A program made the position numbers and the translations under genes. A stretch of 64,000 nt of DNA from the human T2T-CHM13v2.0 reference genome, Homo sapiens. Where the stretch lies: NCBI RefSeq assembly GCF_009914755.1, contig NC_060926.1, one strand, 5' to 3'. Of the stretch, positions 1 to 14,359 are shown one piece after another (position 1 is the first letter of the stretch; every line of letters starts with the position of its first letter). The notes under the pieces were generated by a model. It made no database searches. It was not told the origin of the DNA and was given only the letters and a program-made list of their open reading frames with translations.

Positions 1-19
1 TGAGCCACCACGCCCGGCC
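1..19 (-). mobile_element. Alu 5' end, cut by the window edge
   Basis: tgagccaccacgcccggcc is the reverse complement of the Alu start. Confidence 0.85.
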
Positions 20-239
20 CCATTATTATTCTTAATAGCTTGAAGAAAGTGGTTGATAAAGGTGGTAGGTAAGCTGAAAAGCTCTCCCGCCACCACCAAA
101 TCCCCCTACCCATGTACTTCCTGACACTGTTGAGTGTAGGAGTCTAGTGCTGTAAGAGCCCTGGCTACACCAGGAACGTGCAGTGATGGAACATTTCTAC
201 CTCTATTGCAGTACTGACGTTTCCTCTGTGATCTTGGCT

Positions 240-670
240 TACATGTCTGTCTCACTCACCTGATTGTATGATCCAGCAGGGCAGGAACCCTGTCCTATTC
301 ATCTTATTTTGTTTGTTTGAGACAGAATCTCACTCTGTCGCCCAGGCTGGGGTGCAGTCACAACCTCCATCTCCCAAGGTCAAGCAATTCTTATGCCTCA
401 GCCTCCCAAGTAACTGGGGTTACAGGTGCCCACGACCACACCCAGCTAATTTTTTGTATTTTTAGTAGAGACAGGGTTTCACCATGTTGCTTAGGCTGGT
501 TTCACACTCCTCAGCTCAAGTGATCCGCCCACCTTGGCCTCCCAAACTGTTGGGATTACAGGCTTGAGCCACCACACCTGACCAACTGTCCTATTCATCT
601 TATAGTCCCAACCCCTAGCACAGCACCAGGAACACGGTAGATGCTCAATAACTGTCTGCTGATTGAATAG
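240..670 (+). mobile_element. L2 3' end fragment interrupted by an Alu
   Basis: L2-like gggcaggaaccctgtc...cctagcacagc...gtagatgctcaataactgtctgctgattgaat. Confidence 0.65.
308..583 (-). mobile_element. Alu (S/J) with a small internal deletion
   Basis: Alu dimer sequence with TSD ctgtcctattcatcttat at 290-307 and 586-603. Confidence 0.95.
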
Positions 671-1446
671 AAGTGAAACAGCCAAGGTTAAATAGATAAT
701 TTAGCTGTCTGCCCTATATGTTTTAAAATTGTTTTTCCATACTCAAGTTTAATAAAGTTTGAGGAAATATGCTAACCAAATTTATTAGTTTGCATTAAAA
801 AGACCTGTTTTGAAATTGTTAAATGGCTAAAGTCTGACTGTATCTTTAGAAACAAGATATTCATAGTACAGCCCCAACAATTTCTATAAGCAAAATGCAA
901 AACAGGATCAATCATGTGATCTTTCTAGAAAAGTTTCACACTGAGCCCTAGACTACTAAGTCATTATTCAAAATTATGGGTGGTAAAATCTTCCTTAACT
1001 TTTTCAGTGACACCTACAATTATATCACAAAATATTCAAAACCCTTTCTAAATAAAACTTTGTCCTCTAGCAAGTATTCTTTTAATAGGAAGCTCACAAA
1101 GAGGATATTTAAATGTGTCCTAAAGAAAACCCAGGCACTGCAGTAATTCTGTACCTATATTTGAAGTCGAGTTGTCATGTTATAGCAAAAACAGACTTCC
1201 CTGACATTTAGAATCTTGTCAAAAGCCAAGTTCTGAATATTACTTTAGGGCACCTTGACACATTTGTTCTCTAGTTTCCCTGCTTGAGAGAAAAACTATC
1301 AAGGTTTTCTAATATGGGAGACCTATATATTGAAATGTATCATTTCTGAGGGAAATCTATTTTTAAGGTACCGAGAACAAAGTCAAAAGTCCTTGAAAAA
1401 GAGATTTTTATAATTAAATGGATTCAATGGTGCCAAGTAAAATTCA

Positions 1447-1794
<348 letters not shown>

Positions 1795-2079
1795 TTATTT
1801 TTACAAACAGTACAGTCCTTATGAAAATTCTTACATGGTTCTCTTGCTATCCCATTTTTCTAAGGTATATGACTTAATAAGTTTTTAAATTTTTTTAATG
1901 GTGGTAAAATACACATAACATAAAACTTACCATCTTAATCATTTTTTCTAACTCATGTTTATTATTTGTACAATCGTTAGCACAGGTCAGAATCAGAGAG
2001 CCTAGGACAAAAGGAGGTTGATAGAGCCATGATTAAAAAGCTGTAACTAAGAATGGATCCACTGTGATAAAAGCCTACA

Positions 2080-2810
2080 AGGAATATCATAGGAATATGA
2101 AATATATGAAGTAAATGCTCATGTATCCACATAGATGAATCTGGAACATATAATGTTGAGTGAGAAAAAGCAAGTTACAGACCATACAAACTGTTCACAT
2201 ATGTAACGTTTTTAAAGATACACAACACTGTTTATTGTTCTAGCATTTATGTATATATGTGCACATAAAGGTATTGATAAAATTAGAGTATATAAAGACA
2301 AGGATAAAACTTCAGGACAGTGGTTCCCCCTGGGGAGAGAGGCGGGGAGGGAGGTGATGTGTCAGGGAGATTAAAAGAGGCTTCAGCTCTGTTCATGCGT
2401 TCCTAGCCAGTGCTGGCACCACTGTAGGTGCAGGTGACTCAACCATAAGCAAAGCCATGATAAGCTCATGGAGCTGAACAGTTAGTGGAGAAAGACAGAA
2501 GACAAACAAATAAATTCACTACATATGTCAGGTGGTGAGAAGTGCTAGGAAGGAGAAGTTAGAGGTTGATTAAGGGTTGCTATTTTACATGGGAAGATCA
2601 GGGGAGGTGTCCCAGATAAGGAGGCATTCATGCAAAAACATGAATGACACAAGGGTGTGAGTCTATGTTTACATATGGAACAAACCTTTAAGTCTATAAA
2701 ATTTTATGATGGTTCTTTTAAAGTAAATATGGCAAAGTGTTAACATTTATTCTTAGTGGTGGGCTCTTGTTGTTTTTTGAAAGTTTGAAAATTTTCATAA
2801 TAAAAAAAGA
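2080..2810. mobile_element. Old L1M 3' fragments (+) flanking an L2 fragment (about 2400-2680, -)
   Basis: L1-like gatgaatctggaacatataatgttgagtgagaaaaagcaagttacag and L2-like ctcatggagctgaacagttagtggagaaagacag. Confidence 0.55.
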
Positions 2811-3583
2811 TTTTTTTAAATGCACTGTCTATTACTGAAAGATGAGGAGGCAGGATGTCAGACATCTCTGGATCTTTTCCAAATGAAATATCTTGAGCCT
2901 GTGACTGGAGGTCCTATTTCTTTAAGTGTTCTTACATATTGGGACTTCCTGAGAAAAGCCGGTAATGGGCAATACTTCCCAACCATTAGGTTATGCATGC
3001 TTGTTTGCCTATCTGTCCATCTTTGCTTCCCAAATAAAACGCATGCCTGCTCAAACATGGAGTGTCCCCTGCTTGAAAGAGACAAGGTCAGAAGATGAAG
3101 AGTCAATCCTGCATGTGTGTTTTCAGTAGGAGAAAAGGCATATATGAAAAGCAAGTGAGGATGCAAGGTATAAATCAACATGAAGCACTGATGACAAAAG
3201 ACAGATGCTGGAGGGAAAAACACACAGTGTCGGTACCACTGAGCTGAAGAGCCACCATTTAGTATGTACTAGTGTCACCCTTCTCCCTCCCTCCCCCAAA
3301 GAAAGGGACATGGTATCATGTTCTGTTCCCAGGTGCTCAAAGCAGAAAAAAGTTGCAGCAATGTGATTCCTTCAATGCTTTTTGGAGTTAACATAAATTG
3401 ACCAAGAAAGTACACAATGAAGTATTCAGGGTGTCAGCTCTAGTGCTACATCTGTAAGAAGTATTTTAAAAATATTTGGTGAATGAATGAATGTAACTGA
3501 GGTTATTCATGACAGTATTACATAAATGATACATATTTCTGTACTCAGAGCATTTCCTAGGTCACAAAAGGCTATTATATACC

Positions 3584-4070
3584 ATGGCAGAGACTGCTGT
3601 TTTACCCCAACATCTCTCTTGCTTTCATAATAGGAACCCTGATTTTTAGGTTCCTAAAAGTACATCACCACCTAATGCAGTTCCGGACAATATATAAGCA
3701 ATTGTGTCCTTAGTGGAAGTGTCCTTAAAGAGGGAGGGCATACCCTTCTTCTGCCTTCTTCCTTCCCACTAGTTGGAATTTGGATGTGATGGCTGGGGCT
3801 CAAGTGGCCATTTTGAGCAAGGAGATAGAAGCCATCTACCAAGGATGGCAGCACAAAAGGAAACAAAGATTGGACTGTGACACCATGGAGTGTCATGCTA
3901 GTCCTGGACAGCCTATCTCTGGACTTGCACATGGGAAATAAATAAACTTCTATCTTATTCAAAACTTCGAAATTTTAGTAAACTACATGTCTACTTTACT
4001 GAAAACTACGGTTTTGCTGTTTTTGTTGTTTCTCTGTTGAATGCAGCCAAATCTTACCCTAACTGATATA
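3584..4070 (+). mobile_element. MLT1 (J/K-like) ERVL-MaLR solo LTR
   Basis: Motifs gatgtgatggctggggctcaagtggccattttg, aggatggcagcacaaaag, aataaacttctatctt and the end gcagccaaatcttaccctaactgata. Confidence 0.75.
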
Positions 4071-5903
4071 CATACATCATCTCATCTCCCTAACCACACC
4101 TTATAAAGTTTATTATGATGCCCACATTATAGAACTGAGGCCAGAGGAGGTTAATTGGCTTGCTCAAGGACCCATAGAACCCAAGACTTCTATCTTCAAG
4201 CCAAGCCCAGTGCTCTCTATACTCATAGTTGTATTTTGGTGTGACTGATATGGATTATTTACCAATAAATGAAATATATTAAGTGAGGACATAGCAGCTT
4301 GGCTGTAAAGGAATTATATCAGCAACTCTGGACATGAGCTTGTAGGAGTAGGGAAAACCAGAAAGAGGTTTAGAAAGGGGAACTGAGAGATTAGGAAAAG
4401 ACAGCCTGTGTTACATGCAGAAAGACTTTAGAAAGTACAAAGTGAGAAACCCGTTTATACTATCCTACACTGCCAGAAATAGCCTTCTGAGCAGACAGTT
4501 GGCAAGTGACCTGGGTATAACCAGCTATGCAACCTCCTGGTAAAAAATCTTACCTACCTCTCCAACCCCCTAGGCTTCTTACCCTAACTGAATACCATAT
4601 ACACATTTCAGGTCTTTTAAAGTCAGTGTTTCAAGGGTATAATAATAATAATAATAATACATCTACAAACTTACAGTTGGAAGGCCCTCTGGCTGTCATA
4701 ATCATATAGTTATTTAACATTTGAAACCTAAAGCAATAGGTCCTTGGTAAAAATCAGGGCCGGCACAATTAGTTGATCTAAAATATACTTTATATCCTTT
4801 TCATTTAAACATGTCTTTTAAGAATAATCTGGGTATGTGGTTACCTCTGCCCATTCACTTTTGAAACGTAAGAGTTATTACTTTTCCAAAAAGCTTCTTA
4901 AAATTTTTCTGATTACGTTTTTTCATTGTAAAAGAAATTGGAAAGTAAAAGGTATCTGAAAAGTTTTAATTGATTTTTAGCTTGAGCAAAACTAATAATC
5001 CATTTTCCATAATTTATTATATAAAATGTGATGATGGTAGAAGAAAGAAAAGAATTCTACTAAGATGGCAACAGGTCCCACCAACACCACTTCCTCAGGG
5101 TCCAGCTAATCCCATGAGAAGAGCCCTTGCAATATGTAAAAGATGGGAGCGCCATTATGCTTGTCACCGTGAGTAGTAAGTACCACGCCACTGAAATGTG
5201 CTCTACACTTATTCAAACTGACAAATACAATGAACACATTTTAAAAGTCAAATCTTTATAGTAAAGCAATTTGGGAAGCTAGTTTGCTTTCTCGTGAGTT
5301 TGTGTGTGTGTTTGTGTGTGTGTGTGTATATATTTATATAAATTTTTTACCATTTCTAAATATAATACATGGTCAGTGTAAAAAAACTTTAATAATACAT
5401 AAAGAAATAAAGAAAAAGGCAAAAGTCCCACCACCAAGATTCAGCTATAATTAATGTTTTGGAGAATATTCTTCTAGATTTCTTCTTCTATACCCACAAA
5501 TACACATGATATCTGCTGTTTAACAACTGTTTCACTCAAAAATATATCTTGAAGAGCTTACCTTTCAATATGTAATAAATACATATGCAGATAAATACAA
5601 AGCACACTTTTTAAAGATAACATGATACAACCTCATGTGGATGTTCTGCAATAAATTTAAGAAATAACCTATTGGTTGTTTGCAATTTCTGGTTATTATA
5701 AACCAGATAGCAACAAACATCTTTTTGTATATATAGTTAACCAATTATTTCTCTTAGGGTGAATCCCCCACAGTTAGAATGTTGATGCATACTGCCAAAC
5801 TGCCCTCCAAAGGGTAGTACAAATTACTCTCCCCAAAAAGGCATCAGAGTGGTTGGGATTTGATTTTCATCTTTGCCAACTGGAGGGTCAAGAATGACAC
5901 CAC

Positions 5904-6218
<315 letters not shown>

Positions 6219-6628
6219 GAATGACAGTATATCATTGTTTTATTTGAATCCTTAGATGCCATGTGAGGTTGAGAAAAAGATAAATAACCAAATAAAGAAA
6301 TGGGCAAAGGACATGCAGAGGCCACTCACCAAAGAAAAAATGCAAATAGCCAAAAAATATATTAGATGTTTACTTGATTGACAAAGGTAACCACCTTTTC
6401 CATTATTTTTATCTTTTCTATTATGCTTAGAAAGTCCTTCCCCATACCAAGATTGCAGAAATATTTTCCCCTTTTTGTATTCCGCTGTTTTCATCTTTTT
6501 ATTTTCTACATCTTGAATTTACCTTGGTATAAGAAATTAGGTAAGGATTCAGCTTTACATATTTACATCTATCTAGCAGTTGTCTCAATGCCATTTATTA
6601 AATAATCCATTCCAGCCCCAGTGATTTA

Positions 6629-6841
<213 letters not shown>

Positions 6842-7949
6842 CTAATCCTGGACTTTCTAGTCTGTTCTACTACTTTGTCTATTCCTGTGCCATTAACATA
6901 CTGTTTTGATTGCTATCGTTTTGTAATTTGTTTTAATATATTTTATGAAACCCTCCCCTCATCAGTTTTCTTTTTCAAGAGTTTCCTAGCTAGTCTCACA
7001 TGTTTATTCTTCTAGATAAAGTTTAGAATTATTTTGTCAAGTTTCCCCACTCAACTCCTACCACCAAATCGCCCTGAATTTATACATTAATTTCAAACAA
7101 TTACCATCTTAAGTATTGTCTTCTTTCTACCTAATAATGTGCCTTATTTATTCACAATTACATCCTCTGTCCAAATGCGTATCTAATATGAAGAAAGGGC
7201 CATATCCTTTATGTTTACATGCTCAAACTACTTACAAAGTACATTTTTAATTCTTATATTTTTCTTTGTACTACAAAAATGTCCAGTAATTGCAAAATAA
7301 TACTAATGCCATACACTTGAAATGTTTCTCCATAGCTCCAAAACATCCATCTCTAGTATGTGAGGGTACAAATCATATACCATTATAAGATTTGTCTCTC
7401 TTTTGGAGGCTGGGTGTCTGGCCTCCATGTCCAGTGCTGGAGAGCTCAGGCCTCAAGCTGCTGAGCATCCTCCATAGGATAATTAGTGATGATGCAAACC
7501 AGACCTGCCTTTGCACATTTTAAATGGCCGTGAAGCCACATCTTTGAAGCCTGCTCAGTGCTGCCTGGAGTTCATAAATCATTCTTTACAGGGTATAGGT
7601 CAGGGCTTCCAAACTACAGCCCCACATCCTGGGCAGGGGTCCAACAAGGGGGGCGTGGATGAGAGTGGATGGGGAGTGTGACAATATTGTCAGGCATGTG
7701 CTGAGAGATGGGCACCTACCCTCAAGACAAAAAGCACCATTCTCAGATCTGTGAAAAAACCATCAGCTTTCCTCCACCTCCCCCACCCCGGCCCCTAATC
7801 AGCGAGCCAGAAACAGTGTCAACGTTTAAAGTGCAGGCCACTGCTCTTCCCAGAACACTGGGGCCCTTGGCTTCGCAACCATGGCATTTACTTTCCAGAT
7901 GCATGTGGCCAGAGAAACCTTCATCACTGAATATTTGCTGATCTCATCC

Positions 7950-8200
7950 ACAGTTAGCAAAACGGTGACCTGCAGGCCGGATTTGGCCCACGGATGTGTT
8001 TTCTTTGGCCTGCACATTGTTAGGTCATCTTTTGGAACCGACATTTAACAATTTAGAGATTTCCTGTATTTTCTCTTAAAAGTCTGAAAAGCCTGGGCCA
8101 CACTGCACCTGCATTCCTGCAGGGTGCTTGATGAGAGCTGAGCCATTCATCACTCGTGATCACTGTGCACTTCTATCATTTATGGGACCTGAGTGTGCCA
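7950..8200 (+). mobile_element. MER102-like hAT-Charlie fossil
   Basis: ctgcaggccggatttggcccacggatgtgttttctttggcctgcaca...gacatttaacaatttagagattt. Confidence 0.65.
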
Positions 8201-10324
8201 CCGCCATTCCCTGCAGCCTCCTTACTCCCAGTGGTTTCTGATTCAGGTCTTGTTTAGAAGGTGCCCAAGTCTCTAAGCCGGCAAAACATCTCAGTCCTTC
8301 ATCTTCATATCAAATTATTTATTAAAAAGAAAAAAAATCAAGTAGGATATATGTAGGTGAGAAAAATACATAAAAATCTAGAAGTTTAAAAAGCTGGGCT
8401 ACATAGTTTGTATTTCTAATGTTTAAGAGTCTTAGACATAATATAATCAAGCAGAGAAAAACTTAGAGAAAAACTTAAAGAAGATATTAAATTGATCATC
8501 CCAAGTTCTTTGAGTGGAGCCATATTGAGTCCTTCTGGGTGGATTTTTAAAATATACTCTATTTTAAAAGAAATAGTGCAACACTTCAACATACACATAC
8601 ACATGCATACATATTACAAGCTTGCTATTGTAAATGTGGCTTATTTCTTTGAAAAGTCCCCTCATCATATAGTGTCTTTTTTTTTCTCACTTGGCTCTTG
8701 AGATTCAATAATTAATCCATCTGAATTAATTCCTGTAGTCAAGAATGGCAGCTGTAATAGGTTTCTCTCTTGTTTACTATACATTCCTTAGCAACATAAG
8801 CTTAGCTTGCACCTCCAGATTTATTCCATTGTATTCACAAAGCATCCCATTTTGGAACTGGAGAGAGTAAGCAAAATACACCAATCTACTTGGGTCAAAT
8901 CCTATTAGAGCAAATAATAAGTGTTAACAGCTTTACAAAAAAATTTTTTTATAAAGTAGATGGATTAAAATGATCAACTTGGGGACAATTCAACTGAAAA
9001 AAGGATATTTTTGAAACTACTGAAAACAAAATAAAATGGAGGATGCACTGGATATTAAATGATATTGAGGCATCGTTGTTAATTCTATTTGGTATGATAA
9101 TGTGTGTTTCTATTAATGATACTTTAAAAAACGAAATAAACATCATGGATTTGCTATCATGTGAGACTCACAACCCTTGGGACTATAATCTTTCACAGTT
9201 GTAAGAGACTTTAAACATTACCTCGTCCAGGCATGGAGAGGAAGTTTCAATTTACATGCACTTCAATTTCATAGTACTATCCTGAGAAGAAATTTTAGTC
9301 TCTAAGACTCAAAGGAAAAAAAGTGCCATGAACCATTAGCAATGTTGGCCAGGGTCACAAGATAGGAGAATGGGGCCATATGTGCTACCATATTAGTCAC
9401 CTTTCAAACTTCCAGTCTAGCGGTCTTTCAGGGAGCTTACTTCTTGCCAATTCGACTCATTGCTTCTCTAGACAGCTCTGTCTATTAAGTTAATTCTTAT
9501 CTTTTGAGCTAACATCTTATTTTCTATAGCTTACAACCACATGACATAATGACAAGCCTAGTCTAGTTCCGTTTTAATTTGACAGTGTTAACTTAAACTA
9601 TTTGGGGCCATTCTCTTGTCCTCTCCAAGTGTGAAACATCACCAGTTTCTTCAACCACTCTTCACATAGCATGGTTCCCTCCCCATCATCATCATTCACC
9701 ACTGACAGGCGTCACTTTGTCTCTGTCCCTGTTCCAGTAGGACACAGTAAAAGTGTCCTCTTGACATCACATTGTCATAACATAATCCTCAAAATGCCTT
9801 TATTGAATTCAAATTTTGGTTTATAAAATCTCTGCCTTCCAAATTTTGAAATCAGATGCTATTCTCCATCTTGAGCTCAGTTTGGTTAGTCAGGTGGAGG
9901 CTTCTAAAATCTTTCTAGCTATCTGCCAAATCTGCGTCGATTTAAATAGATTTCTCAGAGTGTACAATGATCATCCCATATTTCCAGGCCCTGGTATGCC
10001 ATTAACCATAGAAACCATAAAAAGACTCAGTGTGCCCCTCCTGACCCTTCAGTGGCTCCTCAATTCAATCTACAGATTTTCAATCTTACAAGGAGAATTT
10101 CCAGTCTTACAAATGATACCTGAGGGAAACTAACTAAGCTGGATGCTTCCTCTATTCAACAATTTATCCTCATTGGGAGAAATGAACTATAAGCTACCAA
10201 AAACTGGCTCAGCATAAGCAATAAAGTAGGGTTGAGTCATTCAGTCAAATGTGCTGCAAGGACTGGACTAGGCGATTGAGCAGATGACAGTGAATAAGAT
10301 AGTGACCATGTCATCAAGCATATA

Positions 10325-10562
10325 CAGTTTTCCCTCAGTATATGTGGGACATTGGTTCCAGGACCCCCACATACACTACAATCTGCACATATTCAAGTCC
10401 TGAGTTGGGCCTGCAGATCCCAAATATATGAAAAGTCAGCCCTCCCTGTATGCAGGTTTCAGATCCCACGAATGTTGTATTTTCATCCTGCCTTTGGTTG
10501 GAAAAAAATCTGCATATAAGTGACCTGCCAAGTTCAAAGCTGTGTTGTTCAAGGGTCAGCTA
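10325..10562 (+). mobile_element. MER8 (TcMar-Tigger MITE), inserted in an L2 fragment
   Basis: About 238 bp, cagttttccctcagtat...ttggttccaggaccccc...gttgttcaagggtcagct, preceded by TA. Confidence 0.8.
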
Positions 10563-11893
10563 CAGTTTTAAGCAGTAGTCAACAGTGATTAATGCAGTAC
10601 AAAGAGCTGTGGGAGTTGAGGGTAGAAGTAGGTTTCTTTGGCTGGGTTGAGAAGGTGGTAGAGAAGATAGCAGAAAGGAAGTGAGAAGTAGGACAACTTA
10701 ATGGAGGAAGTAGTAGGTATGGAAGGACACATGGAATTGGAAGGGTGGAGAAGTGAGAAAAGGGTGAGAGAATAGAATAAATCTCAATGAGTCAAGTCAT
10801 GTGGTTAGTGGGGCACAGAGTTTATAAATACTATTGGGGGAAATAAAGTCTGGAAAAACACAGAGGCCAAGCTGAATAAGATGGCTTTCTATATCAGGAT
10901 CAGTTAATGAATGGGTGATTTACACCAGAGAACATGTGACCCATCAAAAAGCGTGGAGAGGTGAGGGCAGGGAAAGGTGAAAAACTCAGAACCTAGGACA
11001 GAAAAGCATAATTAAGTGAATAAATGAGGGGAAAGAAAGAAAAGCAAGGGGTAAGAAGACAAATATGGCCTTCCAAGTTAGTGAGTAGTGGCTCCTGCAC
11101 TATTTATTTTCCTTCCTTGACATTTAAATATATGGTTATCAGCCCCTTTTCCCCTTTGAAATGCACCTCCAGGCTTAGCTCTCCAATCCTTATGTGTCCT
11201 CCATCTGTCTATGCCTTTTCTTAACAACCACTTCTCTTAAACTACCTAATCCACCCCCAGCAAAAATAGTCACTATGACTCATCCCCAAGGGCATTGGCA
11301 AAAGAAAACCATGACAAGAGGACATGCTGGATAAGTGTGGGGTCAAATGATCTTTGTACACACCTGAAGGAGCAGAAAGGGGGAGTTAAAGGGAGAGTCT
11401 AAAGAGGGGTGAGTAGAACAAAAGGGCCTGTGGATCCCAAAAAGTGGTAACATCAACCTAAGAACTCAGGCCCTCCTTGTGTTCTTTATCCATTCATTCA
11501 TTCATTCATTCAACCACTCTTGTGTTCATTTCTCTCCCTCCCTCCATCCCCTGCTTATCTGTTGCCACACACCCAACAGCCCACAAAGGCAAAGCAAATT
11601 CCTATATATCTCTCAAGCCTCAGGTTACACATCACTTTATCAGGTCCTCATGATTAACCTTCTCCCTACATAGCATCCCGGATTTTTTCTTTCAAAACTG
11701 CATCACAGTGTAATTTCTCATTTGTTGACTTCTCTGCTATGTTGTAAGCTCTATCATGGAAAGGGTGCCATCTCACTGCTGTGTCCCTAGCACTGAGCAC
11801 ACAGTCTCAACTCAATACATAACTATGGATGAATAAGACATCTCCCAGACAAATAAGTGGCATCACTAGAATTCTCTAAGACCAAAAATTGGT

Positions 11894-12598
11894 GTGGCCA
11901 AGATTGCTAACTACTCACTAAAATCCATGCCGTCTCTTTGGGGGCACACAGATACACTAATTCCTTACTCTCCCTCGTAGCTAGGTATGGCCATGGCTAA
12001 ATTCTGGTCCATGGAATATAAGTGGAAGTGATGTATGCTAATTCCAAGCTGACCCATAAAAATCCTTCCATGGTGGCCGGGCGCAGTAGCTCACGCCTGT
12101 AATCTCAGCACTTTGGGAGGCCGAGGCAGGCAGATCACCTGAGGTGAGGAGTTCAAGACCAGCCTGGCCAACATGGTGAAACCCTGTCTCTACTAAAATA
12201 TAAAAATTAGCTGGGCATGATGGCGGGTGCCTGTAATCCCAGCTACTTGGGAGGCTGAGACAGGAGAATCGCTTGACCCGGGAGATGGTGGTTGCAGTGA
12301 GCCGAGATCACGCCACTGCACTCCAGCCTGGGCAGCTGAGCGAGACTCCATCTCAAAAAAAAAAAAAAAAAAAAAATCCTTCCATGCTTTTCCTCCATGC
12401 TCTTTTTCCCTTTGGGGTGGCAGGACTGCACACAACCCCTGTGGTGATCTTAGAGGCCACATGTTGCTACCTGGGATCCTGTTTGGAAAAGGACCACCCC
12501 TCTAATATGTTCATAAAGAGACCTAAACTTCATACATCATACATCCATCATACATTTAGGGGTCTATGTGTAACAGTAGTTAACCTATCTAATTCAGT
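11894..12598 (+). mobile_element. MLT1 solo LTR interrupted by an Alu
   Basis: tagctaggtatggccatggctaaattctggtccatggaatataagtggaagtgatgtatg is typical of MLT1. Confidence 0.7.
12075..12371 (+). mobile_element. AluSx-like
   Basis: Full dimer with poly-A and TSD aaaaatccttccatg. Confidence 0.95.
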
Positions 12599-13401
12599 GA
12601 TAAGTTACAACTGAAGTTAGGCTCCCCTAACCTTTACCAGCTAGCAACTGTTTTGTCACTTTCCCAAAAAGAAATGAAGGCCATTCAGGGGCCAGTACAA
12701 ACTTTTTTGGTATGTATGACAGAACAAAAGTTCCATTTGCTCATGATCATTAGGAAAATATAGTAACCATGGCTTGGGCTTCCCTGGGCTTGGGCCACAG
12801 CCACAAAACAGGCTGGGTGGATTCCCGTGATGTCAGAACACTGGAAAGGGAGCTTGCTGGCCTGGCCTTGGCTCAGAAGCACAGGTCGCAACCCGCAGGC
12901 CCTGGACAAATGCCCAACTGCCTTCTGGAGTAGCCTGTCCCTGGCCTCATCTGTGCTTACCTTGCAAAAATGTCACAAACCATTGTCCTGTTGTGCTTAG
13001 TGCCAGCTGGGGAGAAGCTGCCAAAAGCTTTTGCAAAAGCCACACCAACCTGCACTGCCATGGAACAATGGCTACACCAAATGACTCGCCTTCTGAATAA
13101 AGCATTCAGCCGACCAGACAGACGTAATCCACCTCCCTGTGGCAAAGCTCCTCTTACACTGAAGATGTAGTTGACAACTTCTGTTTCTACTTAACACTAG
13201 AGACTTTAAAGAGAACTCCTCTCCCTGGTGGACTTCAGTATTTCACAATTGAATTACATTAAGAGAATTAGTAGCATGTACTGTACATAATTGCTTGTTC
13301 AACTCAAATCTAGGAAACTACTAAAAGGGTAAATCATTGACTAAATCATTTTACCTTTCTTTATTGAAGGTTTGTTTTTTTGTGTCAGGACCTTCCAGAT
13401 A

Positions 13402-13575
13402 CAGTGATTCTTAATCTTTTGGGAGTCAGATACCTTTTTAAGAACTTGATGAAATAGTTTGATTCATTTCACACAAAATATGTATATAGTGCACATATCT
13501 ACTGCCTGTGACTTCAGAGGGCACACAGGATGCCTAGTTCACCCACTGATCCCAGACCCAGAGTCATGAACCTTT
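13402..13575. mobile_element. Short hAT-Charlie-type MITE
   Basis: Charlie-like ends cagtgattcttaatcttttt and gtcatgaacc. Confidence 0.5.
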
Positions 13576-13580
13576 TAGGG

Positions 13581-13902
13581 CAAGGGTCAGCAAACTTTCC
13601 CTAAAAAAACAGATAGTAAATATCTTTGGCTTTGTGAGCCACTTATAGTCTGTTTCACAACTACCCAATTCTGCTGTTGCAGTGCAAAAGTAGCCACAGA
13701 TAATACATAAATGAATGAGTATGGCCGTGTTCCAACAAAACTGTATTTATGAACACCAAATTTGAATTTCAGGTCATTTTCATGTGTCACAAAATATTAT
13801 TCTTCTCTTGATTTTTTTCTCAACACTTGAAAAATAAAAACCATTTTTAGCAGGAGGCCTGCAGAAAAAAATGTATGATGTACCATAGGTTGCCAACCAC
13901 TG
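13581..13902 (+). mobile_element. MER58B (hAT-Charlie)
   Basis: caagggtcagcaaacttt...atggccgtgttccaacaaaactgtatttatgaacacc...ggttgccaaccactg. Confidence 0.8.
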
Positions 13903-13914
13903 CTGCAGGGCATG

Positions 13915-14324
13915 GGTTCCAGGGGTTCATCACCTTGGAAAAAAAATTGCACCTCTATTATCACTGACTTCTGATTGGAATTTAGCATTTCCTTCCACTA
14001 TGAATGTAGGCCATAAACCACAGTAGCAACATCAGTAACTGTAATGCTGTCACCAGCAGAAATCACAGGTATGTTCATATAACATTAGAGTTGTTGCACA
14101 CAACTCAAAATACTGATTATGCTCATCACTATATTTAAATTATGCTCACTCTTAGATCTTCTGCTGTATCTGGTTATTTAACCAGATTTTTTTTCTGAGG
14201 TAGGGTCTTACTCTGTCAACCAGGCTAGAGTGCAGTGGCGTGATCAAAGTTCACTGCAGCCTCGAACTCCTGGGCTCAGGCAATCCTCCCACCTGTGCCT
14301 CCATCACTATGCCCGGCTAATTTT

Positions 14325-14359
<35 letters not shown>

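Noticed and set aside
250-265. Consensus minus-strand donors inside repeats (about 259, 5560, 6329, 51135)
   Set aside because: They lie within L2/L1 fossils with no matching acceptor or promoter signal, and are expected by chance.
7630-7676. G-rich tract as a possible G-quadruplex
   Set aside because: The loops are long and irregular and the tract has no association with another feature.
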